Virus record (IMG/VR): IMGVR_UViG_3300020121_000439
Coordinates: 4,307 to 68,306 of that record
From: a virus
Reading direction: 5' to 3' (one strand)
DNA: 64,000 bases
Positions 19,106-29,181 of the stretch are shown piece by piece. The position numbers and the translations under genes are program-made. How positions within the stretch are numbered: position 1 is the stretch's first letter; each line of letters starts with the position of its first letter. Under the pieces are notes generated by a model. It saw only the letters and a list, made by a program, of their open reading frames with translations, made no database searches and was not told where the DNA came from.

Positions 19106-19349
19106 GAATGTTCAAGTTTTCCAAATCCCAGATTTCAATGACAACCGCATCGTAAGCGCCAATTCTAGCTGGATACCCTAACGCCACTAACTCAGCACAA
19201 ACCTTTATCGCTTTAGTTTTTAACCTTTCGTGACGTTCCTCTGCTTTACGCGTACGTTCTTGCTCTGCGGCTTTTGCTGTCGGGTCGCACGGGCGTCCGA
19301 GATGAAAGTCCGACGCGCCGCAATCTGTGCAATACTCGTGATTTCCCAT
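19080..19349 (-). CDS. hypothetical protein (CxxC)
   Basis: Own extended -10 promoter at 19356-19384. Confidence 0.6.
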   Translation of the reverse strand: MGNHEYCTDCGASDFHLGRPCDPTAKAAEQERTRKAEERHERLKTKAIKVCAELVALGYPARIGAYDAVVIEIWDLENLNIPTPSPSTH

Positions 19350-19426
19350 GCCCCCACTCTACCACAATATAAACTAGATGTACAGCGCGAAAACGGACAT
19401 TTTAGCGGACATTGTGTCCGGGATAC

Positions 19427-19912
19427 TCACACGTTCGGACGCATAAACACGAGCCAGTGCGTTTTCGCGGTCTTCCCGCACCGCTGCCCGAATAACGGCT
19501 TCTCCGGCGTGAGCGCGAGAATTTGCGAAACCGGAATCTCGTGTTCGTTCCATTTGAATACGAGCGTTCCATTGGGCTGGAGAACGCGAAAGCACTCAAC
19601 AAATCCCTTCCGCAACATCTCCCGCCACTCGCCCGTCAACTTGCCATATTTCTTCGCTTGCCAACCATTCGGACCGTTTCGCGTCAGATGCGGCGGGTCG
19701 AAAACGACGAGATAGAATGTGGCGTCGGCGAACGGGATTTGCGTGAAATCGGCGAGGATATCGGGCTTTATTTCGAGGTAACGCCGACCGCCCGCGCTGG
19801 AGTTGTCGGGCAGCGAGTGGGATTCAGCGCGATTGTCCATAAATATCGCGCGGTCGTCCGTTCTATCAAACCAAAACATCCGTGACCCGCAACACGCGTC
19901 CAGAACGTCCAT
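19427..19912 (-). CDS. class I SAM-dependent (DNA amino-) methyltransferase
   Basis: VLDACCGSRMFWF and VVFDPPHL motifs. Confidence 0.8.
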   Translation of the reverse strand: MDVLDACCGSRMFWFDRTDDRAIFMDNRAESHSLPDNSSAGGRRYLEIKPDILADFTQIPFADATFYLVVFDPPHLTRNGPNGWQAKKYGKLTGEWREMLRKGFVECFRVLQPNGTLVFKWNEHEIPVSQILALTPEKPLFGQRCGKTAKTHWLVFMRPNV

Positions 19913-19918
19913 TTCGAC

Positions 19919-19947
19919 AGGATAAACTAGTTTATGAGGAGTGTCAA
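19919..19947 (-). promoter_or_regulatory. sigma70 promoter, leaderless, containing a 14-bp palindrome
   Basis: TTGACA-17 nt-TATCCT; ATAAACTAGTTTAT at 19922-19935. Confidence 0.7.
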
Positions 19948-20447
19948 TGGCCCAGAACACGATACCAACGATTACCGCGATTCCGGGCCTCGCCCAATGG
20001 CAAGCGGGTTTGCGGCAAACTCTCTTCTCCCCCACCTCCCCGCCCATCCCCGCAAACTTCGCCGTCGCGTCGAAACAGGGAGGTAACTATCTGACGTGGA
20101 GCGCGGTAAAAGGGGCGGACGGGTATCAGGTCCAAGTGAGCGCGAACGGCGACTTCGCCACGATTTTAACCGCATACTTGCTCCCAGGCAACAACGCGAA
20201 CGCGTATTTTGATACTGTGCCTACGGCGGCCGGCGCCGCGCCGACGATCCGGTATTATCGTGTCGCAGCGACCGCGGGGACGGTGAAGAACCCTCAGAGC
20301 GTGTTGGGGAAACCCACGAGCGTGTTAAGTTCGACCGCAATCGCGCCGAACGACACCGTAACGGCATCGGTCACGGGACGCGATTTATCGAACCGCGATT
20401 CACTCAACGCGAAAAGCGGGAACGGGAATTATATAGATTTGGAGTAG
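19947..20447 (+). CDS. virion protein with fibronectin-III-like domain
   Basis: LTWSAVKGADGYQVQVS...YYRVAA. Confidence 0.6.
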   Translation: MAQNTIPTITAIPGLAQWQAGLRQTLFSPTSPPIPANFAVASKQGGNYLTWSAVKGADGYQVQVSANGDFATILTAYLLPGNNANAYFDTVPTAAGAAPTIRYYRVAATAGTVKNPQSVLGKPTSVLSSTAIAPNDTVTASVTGRDLSNRDSLNAKSGNGNYIDLE

Positions 20448-20460
20448 GAGATTCGAACGA

Positions 20461-20961
20461 ATGAAATCAATATTTCTAACGCCGTTGGAGAACTCGGAGC
20501 AGGTCAGAACACTCGAACGATACCGTAGGGCGTACACGAAAGGCGACCTCGAAATCCCCCACGATTACAACTCGTGCGGCGGTCACGTCGAGACTTCACT
20601 CGCGGTGAAAAACGGTGAAATCATCGCGTCGCTCACCGCGATCGATGCGGTCGTGCTCGACCCGTTGATTAAGAACCCCAACGCGTCGGCGTCGGACGTG
20701 TTCTCGGCGCTGGTGAAGCTCGAAACGTATCTGAGTCACGCGGCGCAGAAGCGTTCCGGGGCGGTCGATATCTACATTGCGATTCCCGAGAGCGAGGAAG
20801 ATTATTTGCGGCTGCTCAAGCACTATGGGTACGACGTTACGGTGCAACGGTGCGTTGTACTAAGACGGGCAATGCGGCCGGATACCGTACCGCTTCTGGG
20901 CGCGGAACGCGATGCCGCCGAACGCGTGGCTTTACAATCTTCTCTCAACTCCCCAGAGTAA
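20461..20961 (+). CDS. GNAT-like protein preceding internal virion proteins
   Basis: Position, plus LRLLKHYGY C-terminal GNAT-like motif. Confidence 0.45.
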   Translation: MKSIFLTPLENSEQVRTLERYRRAYTKGDLEIPHDYNSCGGHVETSLAVKNGEIIASLTAIDAVVLDPLIKNPNASASDVFSALVKLETYLSHAAQKRSGAVDIYIAIPESEEDYLRLLKHYGYDVTVQRCVVLRRAMRPDTVPLLGAERDAAERVALQSSLNSPE

Positions 20962-20980
20962 ACTATAACCAGGCGGTGGT

Positions 20981-21655
20981 ATGAGGATTACGCGAAAAAT
21001 CGAAGTCGATATGGCGACGGGTTGGGTGTTGGACCACGATTGGGTTATTTACGCGGGGCCAGTCGAGCAGAATAAGAAAGGCCGAGAAACGGCTGCGGCC
21101 GCAACCGATCAAGCAATGGCGAACTCCTCCGCCAACGCCGCGAAACAGAATACGCAGTATAACGCGGAGCAACCGGATATTACGGGTTTGGAAGCGTCAG
21201 GGCCGGGGGGTTTAGGCCAGTCGTCCGCCGCATACCTCGCGAACTCACTCGCCGATATCAACCGAAATTACGGGAACGCCCGACAAAATGTCGCTCGCGT
21301 AAACGCACAGCGCGGGTTCGCGGGCACGCCCGACGCGGCGTTTGCGTCCGGAGTGAACTCCGCCAACGTCGCCCAAGCCGGGAGCGAGAACAAAGCCTAC
21401 AACGATGCGTTGATGTTGCAGCGAGAGAACACGCTCGCTGCGATGAACGCGAGAAGTGGGTTGCAGAATCTCTACGACCCGAACCGTCCACTTTCGACCG
21501 CACTGTCCGGCGCGGAAGCGCAATCTCAAATGGGCTCGACTCTTGGCGATATCGGCAAAGGTGTGGCGACGGGCGTGTCGTTGGCGGGGTCGATTGCGGG
21601 ATTGCCCGGAGCCTTCAAAGGCTTCGGCGGTTCGCCCGGAAGCGGAGGGGTATAA
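20981..21655 (+). CDS. internal virion / DNA ejection protein
   Basis: Ala/Asn/Gln-rich with Gly-rich hydrophobic C-terminus. Confidence 0.6.
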   Translation: MRITRKIEVDMATGWVLDHDWVIYAGPVEQNKKGRETAAAATDQAMANSSANAAKQNTQYNAEQPDITGLEASGPGGLGQSSAAYLANSLADINRNYGNARQNVARVNAQRGFAGTPDAAFASGVNSANVAQAGSENKAYNDALMLQRENTLAAMNARSGLQNLYDPNRPLSTALSGAEAQSQMGSTLGDIGKGVATGVSLAGSIAGLPGAFKGFGGSPGSGGV

Positions 21656-23190
21656 TGGCCGATCCGGTAGACATGACGAAACAGGGATTTAAAATCCCCT
21701 TCGTGCCGCCCACAAACGCGATCCCTCCCGAGGTCGCCGCGGCGATACGCGGGGGGTTGGGGGGAGATGCGAATGCCGTTCCTCCGCCCCTGCCCACTGG
21801 CGATGCGGCCGTTAACGCGGCCGAACCCCCGCCCCAAAACGTCCTTAACGCCCTCACGTCCGGCGACAATCCCGTGCCCCCGGCGCCAAATTTCGTCCCA
21901 GGGCAGCCCCAGAACGCTCCGGTACCTGAGAACCCCCTTAACACGCTGGCGACGCCTCTACCGCCCACTAAACCCCAACTCGCCCCACATAAAACGACGG
22001 TGGGGGAGAGAATAAGGAAAATTTTACCGTATGTGGGGGCGATCGGCGGGGCGCTGGAAGCAGCGGGCGGTCCGGTGGGTCACGCCCCAGTCGGCGCGGA
22101 GATGTTGCAGCAGAGTATCGCCGCGCAGAGAGCGGCAGCGATGGCCCGGGCGAAACTCGAAAACGTCGAAATTCCCGAGGCACAGGCGAGGTCGAATTAC
22201 TATAATTCGTTCAACCCGACGAAAGTGGGAGTCGCGAAGATTGGTGCGGAAGCGAAAGAGAGTGTCGCGGAAACCGGCGCGGAAACAAAGACTGCGTTGG
22301 GACGCTACAAAGCCGTCCCCGGCGTAGGGTTGTTTGACACGCAAACCCGCCAAGTTATTCCCGGAACCGAGCAAGGCGTGATTCTAACCCCCGACATGGT
22401 GAAGAATTACGACCTCCCACCCGAGTTCGTGGGGCGTCCAGTGAAAATCACGGACCTCGCCGCGAAGGAGCGTTCCCAAGCGATGAATATCGTGCCGGTG
22501 CAGGGAGCGCAGGGACCGGCGTTAGCGAACAAGCGCCAGGGGACGGCGAAGACATTAGGACTCGGGAATCCCGGGGCTGCGGCGCGTCAAGCGGGCGTGA
22601 GCGACGCGGTGCTGAACGGTAACGTCGTTCCCATGACTGATGCTCAACGGCTCGCGGCGGGTGCGCCGAAAGCTGGAACCGTCGAGTCCGTGGGCAAGGC
22701 GCAGAACAAAATCTACGATCCCGCCGTCGAAGCCGACACACGCTTGAAACAAATGTATGAACAAGCGACGGACGTGAGTGGTGCGAGCGACATGGCGTTG
22801 TTGTTCAATCACATCGCGATGACCGGCGGAAACGTGAAGGGACTGCGAATGGGCCAGTTCCTTACGGACGAACATCGCAAGGCACGGAGTATTCCGGAAG
22901 ATTTGGGTGCGTTGTGGAACCACGTTGCGGCGGGCCAAGTGCTCTCGCCCCAGCAACGGGTGAATTTTGTGCGTTTAGCGGAAAACGTGCGCCAAACGCG
23001 ATGGGACGCGGCACAGCGCCAAGCGTCGCAAATGGGCATCGACCAACCTCCGCCCGCCGACCCCGATCTTCCCGCAGTTCGTGCCGTGACGGACGTGAAT
23101 CGACCGGCGAGACCGGCTGCGCAGAAAGTCGCAGGGCCGGGGGCGACAAAGAAGCCCGCTGCGAAAAAAGACACTTTAGGAATTCTCTAA
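21655..23190 (+). CDS. internal virion / DNA ejection protein
   Basis: Low complexity, coupled to previous gene, podovirus synteny. Confidence 0.55.
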   Translation: MADPVDMTKQGFKIPFVPPTNAIPPEVAAAIRGGLGGDANAVPPPLPTGDAAVNAAEPPPQNVLNALTSGDNPVPPAPNFVPGQPQNAPVPENPLNTLATPLPPTKPQLAPHKTTVGERIRKILPYVGAIGGALEAAGGPVGHAPVGAEMLQQSIAAQRAAAMARAKLENVEIPEAQARSNYYNSFNPTKVGVAKIGAEAKESVAETGAETKTALGRYKAVPGVGLFDTQTRQVIPGTEQGVILTPDMVKNYDLPPEFVGRPVKITDLAAKERSQAMNIVPVQGAQGPALANKRQGTAKTLGLGNPGAAARQAGVSDAVLNGNVVPMTDAQRLAAGAPKAGTVESVGKAQNKIYDPAVEADTRLKQMYEQATDVSGASDMALLFNHIAMTGGNVKGLRMGQFLTDEHRKARSIPEDLGALWNHVAAGQVLSPQQRVNFVRLAENVRQTRWDAAQRQASQMGIDQPPPADPDLPAVRAVTDVNRPARPAAQKVAGPGATKKPAAKKDTLGIL

Positions 23191-23194
23191 CCCC

Positions 23195-25633
23195 GTGGCC
23201 GATCCCACCGCAAATCCGAGCGCGCCCGGCGCGGGGAGTCCCACGTCTCCACTCTCGGTGGACGAGTTCGCCTCGCGCGTCAAAGCGAAATACCCCGAAT
23301 ACCAATCTCTCGACAACGCGACGCTTGCGCAGAAAGTCGTCGCGAAGTACCCTGAGTATAAAGGGAAGGTGGCGTTGCCGGATTCCGCGAATCCGAACAA
23401 TACGGGCATCGTCGGACCGGACCAAACCGTCCCAAAACCTCCGCCACTCACCTTCTCGGAACAAATGGACCGAGCGCGAAGAACTCCAATCACGCCGAAT
23501 ACGTCGATAACCGCGGGTGGACCCGCGAAGCCCGCGCCATTAGATCCCTACGCCGTGAAACCTAACACCATCGGGAGTTTTCTCAGTCACGCAGGGATTC
23601 CCACTTCGGAACCCGCGATTACCGAAATGCTCCAGGGGGCGTTCATGCCCCAAAGCAATCCGAGCCACGACGCGGTTTCCCGGTTCGTCGAACACATCCC
23701 GATTATTGGGGGCGATCAACGCGCACGGTACGATCTATACCAACGCGGCGATAAAGAAGGCGGGTTGACGGGTCTTGTGCATAAGGCCGCGTCGATAGTG
23801 CCGTTCGCAGGGCCGGCGCTCACGGCATCGCAGGACGCGATGGACCAAGGAGATTACGCGGGGTCGGCAGGGTCGGGAGTGAATGCGTTTCTTTCGCTTT
23901 TGGGGCTGAAGGGCGCGATCAAGCCGAGGGTTGAGCCAGCGTTGGTTCCGGGGAAGACGCCGGAGACGCCGCAACTCACGCCCGCGCCGGCGCGTTCCGC
24001 CGCGAACATTCCCGCTAACCGCATTACTACACCCGCACAGGAATCCGCGTTCAACGTGTTGCATCCGGAGAATGCGGTCGCGAAAGAAAGCGTGTTGCCG
24101 GAAGTGCGGAATGCCGCCGCGCAACAAGGCGTGACGAAGGTTCCGAAGGGACGCGCCGGGGTCGAGCTGCCGCAGAAAGTAATCCAGGGCTCGATCGACA
24201 ACCACGAAGCCCAAGTGAACGCGATCAAAGCACCATATCGCGGGGCGGTCGTGGACAATACCGCCGTCGCCGACGCGGCGTTGAGCAAGATCACGCCGGA
24301 GATGCGGGCGGCTGCGGCAGCGGGGGATTCGGGTGTCCAACGGTCGATTTCCCAAATTGAAGCCGTCGCGACCCGCGCGCGCGGTGCGAACACCATCGAC
24401 TTGACCGACCAACTACGACATTCGTGGAATGACGAGCTTTCATCGGAGTTAAGTAAGTCCGCGGCGTCCCAGGACGTGAGTTCCGCCGCGACGCAGGCGA
24501 AACGCGCCGCGGCGTCGGCTCTCCGTTCGAATATGTACGACCGCTTGGCGGATTTGTCGGGACGCGACGACGTTCGCGCTTTGGCCCAACGCGAGGGCGC
24601 ATTAATCGAAGCAAAAGCGGGATTGACGAAAACCGCGAACCAGGCGTTGATGTCGCGGCGGAACGATCTCGGCGATTATCCTCGGGCGAACGCGCTTAAA
24701 AAAGCGGCGTTGAAAGTGCAGTTGACGCGCCCGGCCACAATGGTCAAAGCCATCCCAGATATTATTCAAGCGGTGGTGAATCCGGAAGCGAAAACTCCTA
24801 TTGGCCAGTACCAAGACCGCGTGATGCGGTCGTTGTCAAATCTCGGCCCCGCGACACCGGACGCGCCGCTCTACGCGCCGCCGCAACCCGCGGGGCTGCT
24901 CGGCCCCGGCGCTACGCCCCTTGGGCCGAGTTCGATAGAACACGGAACATTAGCACCTCCGCCGGTCGCTTCGACTACTCGCGCACAGCGTCTCGGGGTA
25001 ACGCCACCCTCGGGCGCGGGGTTTGAGCACGTTCCTTATAATTCGCAAGCGAACGCCTCAGCGCTGCCGAACGCCGTGCGCGTTCCGCAACAAATCGGCG
25101 CGGGGCCGAACATTCGTGGTTTGCTGCCGTCTCAGGTCGAGAGCGCGATCGGGTTACCGGAGAAGTCGCAGAGTACGCTCACGAACGGCCGCACGATTGA
25201 ATCACCCGCCGCGAATGAAGGTGTGATTCCGTCGCTCGTACGAGATTATTTGAACCGTCAAAACGTGAGTGGGCATAATTCGATTAACGGCGGGTCGTTG
25301 GAGGAGTTGGGTCGCGGGCAGACGCTTAAAGTCTCGCCCAAATCCGGTGCGGTCGGCGTCCACGGTGGCTCAATCGACGTGGGGAACGGCGAGGCAGTGT
25401 TACGGCAGCGTCCGGACGGTTCGCTGGAAGTGGCGAACAACAACTCTGGGTTGGCGGATTCCGAGATCCTTAAACGTTTCTCGGGGAACGCGGCGCAGAC
25501 GTTCGGGAAACCGGGCCGGGCGCCGGGGACGATCGAATTAATCCACCGCTCGGGCGAACATGGGGATGTGCCTGCGTCGCGCGTTGGCGATTATCTAAGT
25601 TCCGGGGAGTATCGTTTAGCGCCGAGACGCTAA
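23195..25633 (+). CDS. large internal virion / DNA ejection protein
   Basis: 812 aa, N-terminal KAKYPEY repeat, Ala-rich. Confidence 0.6.
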   Translation: MADPTANPSAPGAGSPTSPLSVDEFASRVKAKYPEYQSLDNATLAQKVVAKYPEYKGKVALPDSANPNNTGIVGPDQTVPKPPPLTFSEQMDRARRTPITPNTSITAGGPAKPAPLDPYAVKPNTIGSFLSHAGIPTSEPAITEMLQGAFMPQSNPSHDAVSRFVEHIPIIGGDQRARYDLYQRGDKEGGLTGLVHKAASIVPFAGPALTASQDAMDQGDYAGSAGSGVNAFLSLLGLKGAIKPRVEPALVPGKTPETPQLTPAPARSAANIPANRITTPAQESAFNVLHPENAVAKESVLPEVRNAAAQQGVTKVPKGRAGVELPQKVIQGSIDNHEAQVNAIKAPYRGAVVDNTAVADAALSKITPEMRAAAAAGDSGVQRSISQIEAVATRARGANTIDLTDQLRHSWNDELSSELSKSAASQDVSSAATQAKRAAASALRSNMYDRLADLSGRDDVRALAQREGALIEAKAGLTKTANQALMSRRNDLGDYPRANALKKAALKVQLTRPATMVKAIPDIIQAVVNPEAKTPIGQYQDRVMRSLSNLGPATPDAPLYAPPQPAGLLGPGATPLGPSSIEHGTLAPPPVASTTRAQRLGVTPPSGAGFEHVPYNSQANASALPNAVRVPQQIGAGPNIRGLLPSQVESAIGLPEKSQSTLTNGRTIESPAANEGVIPSLVRDYLNRQNVSGHNSINGGSLEELGRGQTLKVSPKSGAVGVHGGSIDVGNGEAVLRQRPDGSLEVANNNSGLADSEILKRFSGNAAQTFGKPGRAPGTIELIHRSGEHGDVPASRVGDYLSSGEYRLAPRR

Positions 25634-26258
25634 CCACTGTTCGAGGATGTATTTGCTGTAGGCGGGAGGAATCGCTTGAGATAACTCGCCGCGATTCGTC
25701 CAATCGATGCCCATTGCAGCGCGTTTTTCGGCAATCGTTGGATTAGCATGAAACCCCCGCGCTACTCTTTGTTTCGCAACCCATGAGGGCGTTCCATGGC
25801 CGCATACCGTGATTATGTCTAACGGATGATTACAAGGGGGCATCGTTAATTTTCGCGCGTCGAAGAATTCGAACGCCCGGTGTCGTACGACTTTTAAGCC
25901 AAAGTGACTTCCGCATAGAACTACATCATGCCGGAGCGGAGCTTCTGTAACGTTCTCTATCACCCACGGAATTCCGCTTTGCAATCAATATCTCACGCGT
26001 TCCCGCGACAAGATCAGCATAGACCTTGCCATTCATACGATGCGATAGACCGGCGGTAGAATATTTCTGGCACGGCGGCGATGCCCAGATGAAATCGTAC
26101 CCTTCAAGCGGAAACATCATTGCGTCAGCTTGGACAAAAGTGAACGGATAGCGGGGTTGTGGCACCGTGTCCACACCCGTAATCTCGGCCTCGGGGCACG
26201 CTTGGTACATCCCCATCGCCGCACCTCCCGCGCCGCAGAACAAATCGAGTATTCTCAT
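25616..26258 (-). pseudogene. dcm: C5 cytosine DNA methyltransferase, frameshifted
   Basis: LDLFCGAGG and WASPPCQ in one frame; IENV, RHR and SQAIPPAY in another; break at ATATTGATTGCAA near 25985. Confidence 0.85.
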
Positions 26259-26269
26259 GGTTTCCGAAC

Positions 26270-26299
26270 ATTGTAAACTAGCTTTAGCATGAATGTCAA
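26270..26299 (-). promoter_or_regulatory. sigma70 promoter of dcm moron
   Basis: TTGACA-18 nt-TACAAT. Confidence 0.65.
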
Positions 26300-26843
26300 T
26301 CATCCGTTGGACTTCCAGAGCACGGGCACGTTCTCGCCTCCGAAGACACCGTTTTCAGGGACGCACTTCAGCGATAATCAAATATCGGACGGTGTACTCC
26401 ACGGAGCACGACGTGGATCGTCTCCCCAAGCGTCGGACGCTCACCGGCTGCACCTTGGCGGCGGTGCCCCCGCCGGCAGTCATGTTTATCGCCGGGGCTC
26501 GGTGGGCCACCCCGCTATTTCCGCGCGGAAACACGCATATGGAGTGAGTGGCGACAAGGCTATTGCAAACATCGATTCGGACCCGGTGGCGCGGAAGGTT
26601 TTTGGGGATGCGCTTACGGCGGCGTATAAAGACGCGATTTCGTCCGGGGCCGACCCGCAGACGGCGAAATTCACCGCTCAGAATGCGGCGGAGCACGCTC
26701 TTTTAGCGAGCGGTTATGACGGGTATGAAAGTCCCAAGTCGTCCGTGGGCGGGGTGTTCCTCTTCGGCGACACAAAACTTGATCCTATAAATGGAGCGGG
26801 AAATGCGAAAAGTTCTTCTTCCAATTCTTCTACTGTGGTTTAG
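26289..26843 (+). CDS. hypothetical protein, possible ART-like polyvalent-protein domain
   Basis: GTHFS...GYDGY pattern; preceded by TAAACTAG. Confidence 0.45.
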   Translation: MNVNHPLDFQSTGTFSPPKTPFSGTHFSDNQISDGVLHGARRGSSPQASDAHRLHLGGGAPAGSHVYRRGSVGHPAISARKHAYGVSGDKAIANIDSDPVARKVFGDALTAAYKDAISSGADPQTAKFTAQNAAEHALLASGYDGYESPKSSVGGVFLFGDTKLDPINGAGNAKSSSSNSSTVV

Positions 26844-29181
26844 CGCGGTTGCGTTCGGGCAGACTGTAAACGTGACTGCGGACGCGAAATCCATCCTCGC
26901 CGGAGCGCAGTCGAGCAGGATTAAGTTGTGCCTCAGTCTCGTGGACGTTACGGGTCAAGTTGTTGGAGACGCACACGTCGTAGGGGTAGGCGTGATCGTA
27001 CCACAAGAAGCGTGTGTGACACCGGATGCGAACGGACATTTTTCGACGACGGCGTACGCGAATGATTCCGTGACGAGTGGCGGCGCGACGAACACGACAT
27101 TATACAGAGCAGAATGGTTATACAACGGGAGTCCCGTGGCGGGAGCGGTGTATCAATTTCTACTGGCAGACGGAAGTGAGGATCTTAATACAAAATCCCC
27201 CGCAAACGTCGTTCCGCTTGTGACCGTCGTTCCCACCGACGCCACGTACATGCGCATCGACGCTGGGAACTCACCGGCTACCGGCACGTGGAAATTCTCG
27301 AACGGCGTTTGTTATTCGTATGAGAACGGTAAAGCGGTTGTTAAGGTTTCGGCGGCGTGCGGTTACACGACGTGGGCCTTAGCACTGGCCGCGTGTCCGT
27401 CAACTGGGTGTATTCTGGACGGCACCGCAGCCGACACGCCCCTTGCGATGGGCGCGTTCGACACGGGCTCGAACACGAAGCCTGTGACGGTGCGGTTGGG
27501 AAGGACTTTGGCGTCGGGGTGTTTCACCGCGACCCAGATCACCGTCCGCCAGGGACTTGACTTAGGAGGAGTCGATATCCTCGATTCCTGCCTTACCTCG
27601 GCCGGCACGAACGCCCAGCCCATACTTGTCATTCCTCAAACCAACAACAACGCGATCACCACTAAAATTCACGATTTAACAATCAACGGCCTTCCCGGGA
27701 ACACATCTCAAGACGGAATATTCTTCGACGCGTCAACGCTGACAAACGCCGGAACCGAGTTGACTCAATACGATAACTTGATATTCTCGGGCTTCAACGG
27801 TTCGTCGATCCACCTCAAAGCGACGTTGGACGGGGTGTCCGGCTCGATCGGCGCGATTCAGGGAATCACACTCACCAATATCACGGCCACGCGCCCGACC
27901 GGCGCTACTGGCGCGACCCAGAACGCTCTACGAATCGAGGGCGGGGTCGGTCAGATTAGCCTCCACAACTGCTGGCTTAACGGCGCGACGAACGATACTG
28001 GGACGAACGTGTTCGTCGGAACCACCGGCACCCAAGCGCCGTATTCAATTCACTTCTACGACACAACGTGCCAGAACGGAAATTGTTATCTATTCGACGG
28101 CGGCACCAGCATCACGACCGAGAACGACCACTTCGAAAACATCAAAGGCGCGTATAGTCTCGCTAATACGTCGCAGCTTTTGGTGGGAGTTAACCTTAAA
28201 ACTCCCCACATCAACGCGAACGTCGGCGTGAACGCAGGGAACGGTTACGTCATCAACATCCCCAACACCGTAACGAACGCGGACGTGACGCTGGACACGC
28301 CGTTCGTCTACTCCACCCCAGACAATTTAGTGAAGAACTCGGCGGGGAATTCTGCGTCTGTGCACGTCCGCAACGTCCAGACATTCAACAGCTCGACGCC
28401 GACGAATGTTTACGTGAGTAGCGGTGTGACGGGAACTCTCGCTCCGACAGCGACGGTTGATCTGAAGTGCTGGGACACTGTTCAAGCCACCGCGTCCGGT
28501 ACGTCAATGACGACATTTAGAAGCTGCAAGATGCCGGGGGAGTCAATAACGATCTACGCTACGGGCGGCTCTATTCAATTCGCGACGGGCGGGAATCTGT
28601 CGCTTGGCACCCAGACTTCGCCGATGGTCGTGCCGTCGGGCGATTCCGCGACATTTATGAGGGTGGACGCCGGGACACCGGCGTTCGTGCTCACGGCACT
28701 TTCGACCAAAACGCTTACGAACCCGGTAATTAATGGGACGCTAACAGGAACGGGCATCGCGACGGGAACGTTAAAGAAAGGCTCGGGATCTGGGTATACC
28801 TCAGCGTCCACCACCTACGTTGTCGTGGACGCGACGAATCTCTGCTACACCGTGACGATTCCGACGGGCTGGAAGTTAGGGATTCAGGTGGCGGGGACGG
28901 CGGGAACTTCTACTGCGGCGGTCGCATTCAGCGTCGCATTGACCGACAACGGCGCGTGCTCGACCGCTAATGCCGGTTTGCTCCAGGAAATCTCCACCAT
29001 CGGCCCCAGCGCGGGAACGGCCATCCCCTTTGCGTTCTCTTACATGATAACCGGAGATGGCGCGTCCCATAACATCGCGCTGCAATACAAGACTTCAAAC
29101 GGCGCGGATTCCGTGCTGATTGGGAATTCGAGCGCGTCGTTAACGCCGACAATGGCGTTTACACTGTTCCCCGCGAACTAA
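26803..29181 (+). CDS. tailspike / receptor-binding protein with beta-helix and Sec signal peptide
   Basis: MRKVLLPILLLWFSAVAFG|Q; pectin-lyase-like rungs (IHDLTING, DGIFFD, ITLTNI); many Cys. Confidence 0.75.
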   Translation: MRKVLLPILLLWFSAVAFGQTVNVTADAKSILAGAQSSRIKLCLSLVDVTGQVVGDAHVVGVGVIVPQEACVTPDANGHFSTTAYANDSVTSGGATNTTLYRAEWLYNGSPVAGAVYQFLLADGSEDLNTKSPANVVPLVTVVPTDATYMRIDAGNSPATGTWKFSNGVCYSYENGKAVVKVSAACGYTTWALALAACPSTGCILDGTAADTPLAMGAFDTGSNTKPVTVRLGRTLASGCFTATQITVRQGLDLGGVDILDSCLTSAGTNAQPILVIPQTNNNAITTKIHDLTINGLPGNTSQDGIFFDASTLTNAGTELTQYDNLIFSGFNGSSIHLKATLDGVSGSIGAIQGITLTNITATRPTGATGATQNALRIEGGVGQISLHNCWLNGATNDTGTNVFVGTTGTQAPYSIHFYDTTCQNGNCYLFDGGTSITTENDHFENIKGAYSLANTSQLLVGVNLKTPHINANVGVNAGNGYVINIPNTVTNADVTLDTPFVYSTPDNLVKNSAGNSASVHVRNVQTFNSSTPTNVYVSSGVTGTLAPTATVDLKCWDTVQATASGTSMTTFRSCKMPGESITIYATGGSIQFATGGNLSLGTQTSPMVVPSGDSATFMRVDAGTPAFVLTALSTKTLTNPVINGTLTGTGIATGTLKKGSGSGYTSASTTYVVVDATNLCYTVTIPTGWKLGIQVAGTAGTSTAAVAFSVALTDNGACSTANAGLLQEISTIGPSAGTAIPFAFSYMITGDGASHNIALQYKTSNGADSVLIGNSSASLTPTMAFTLFPAN

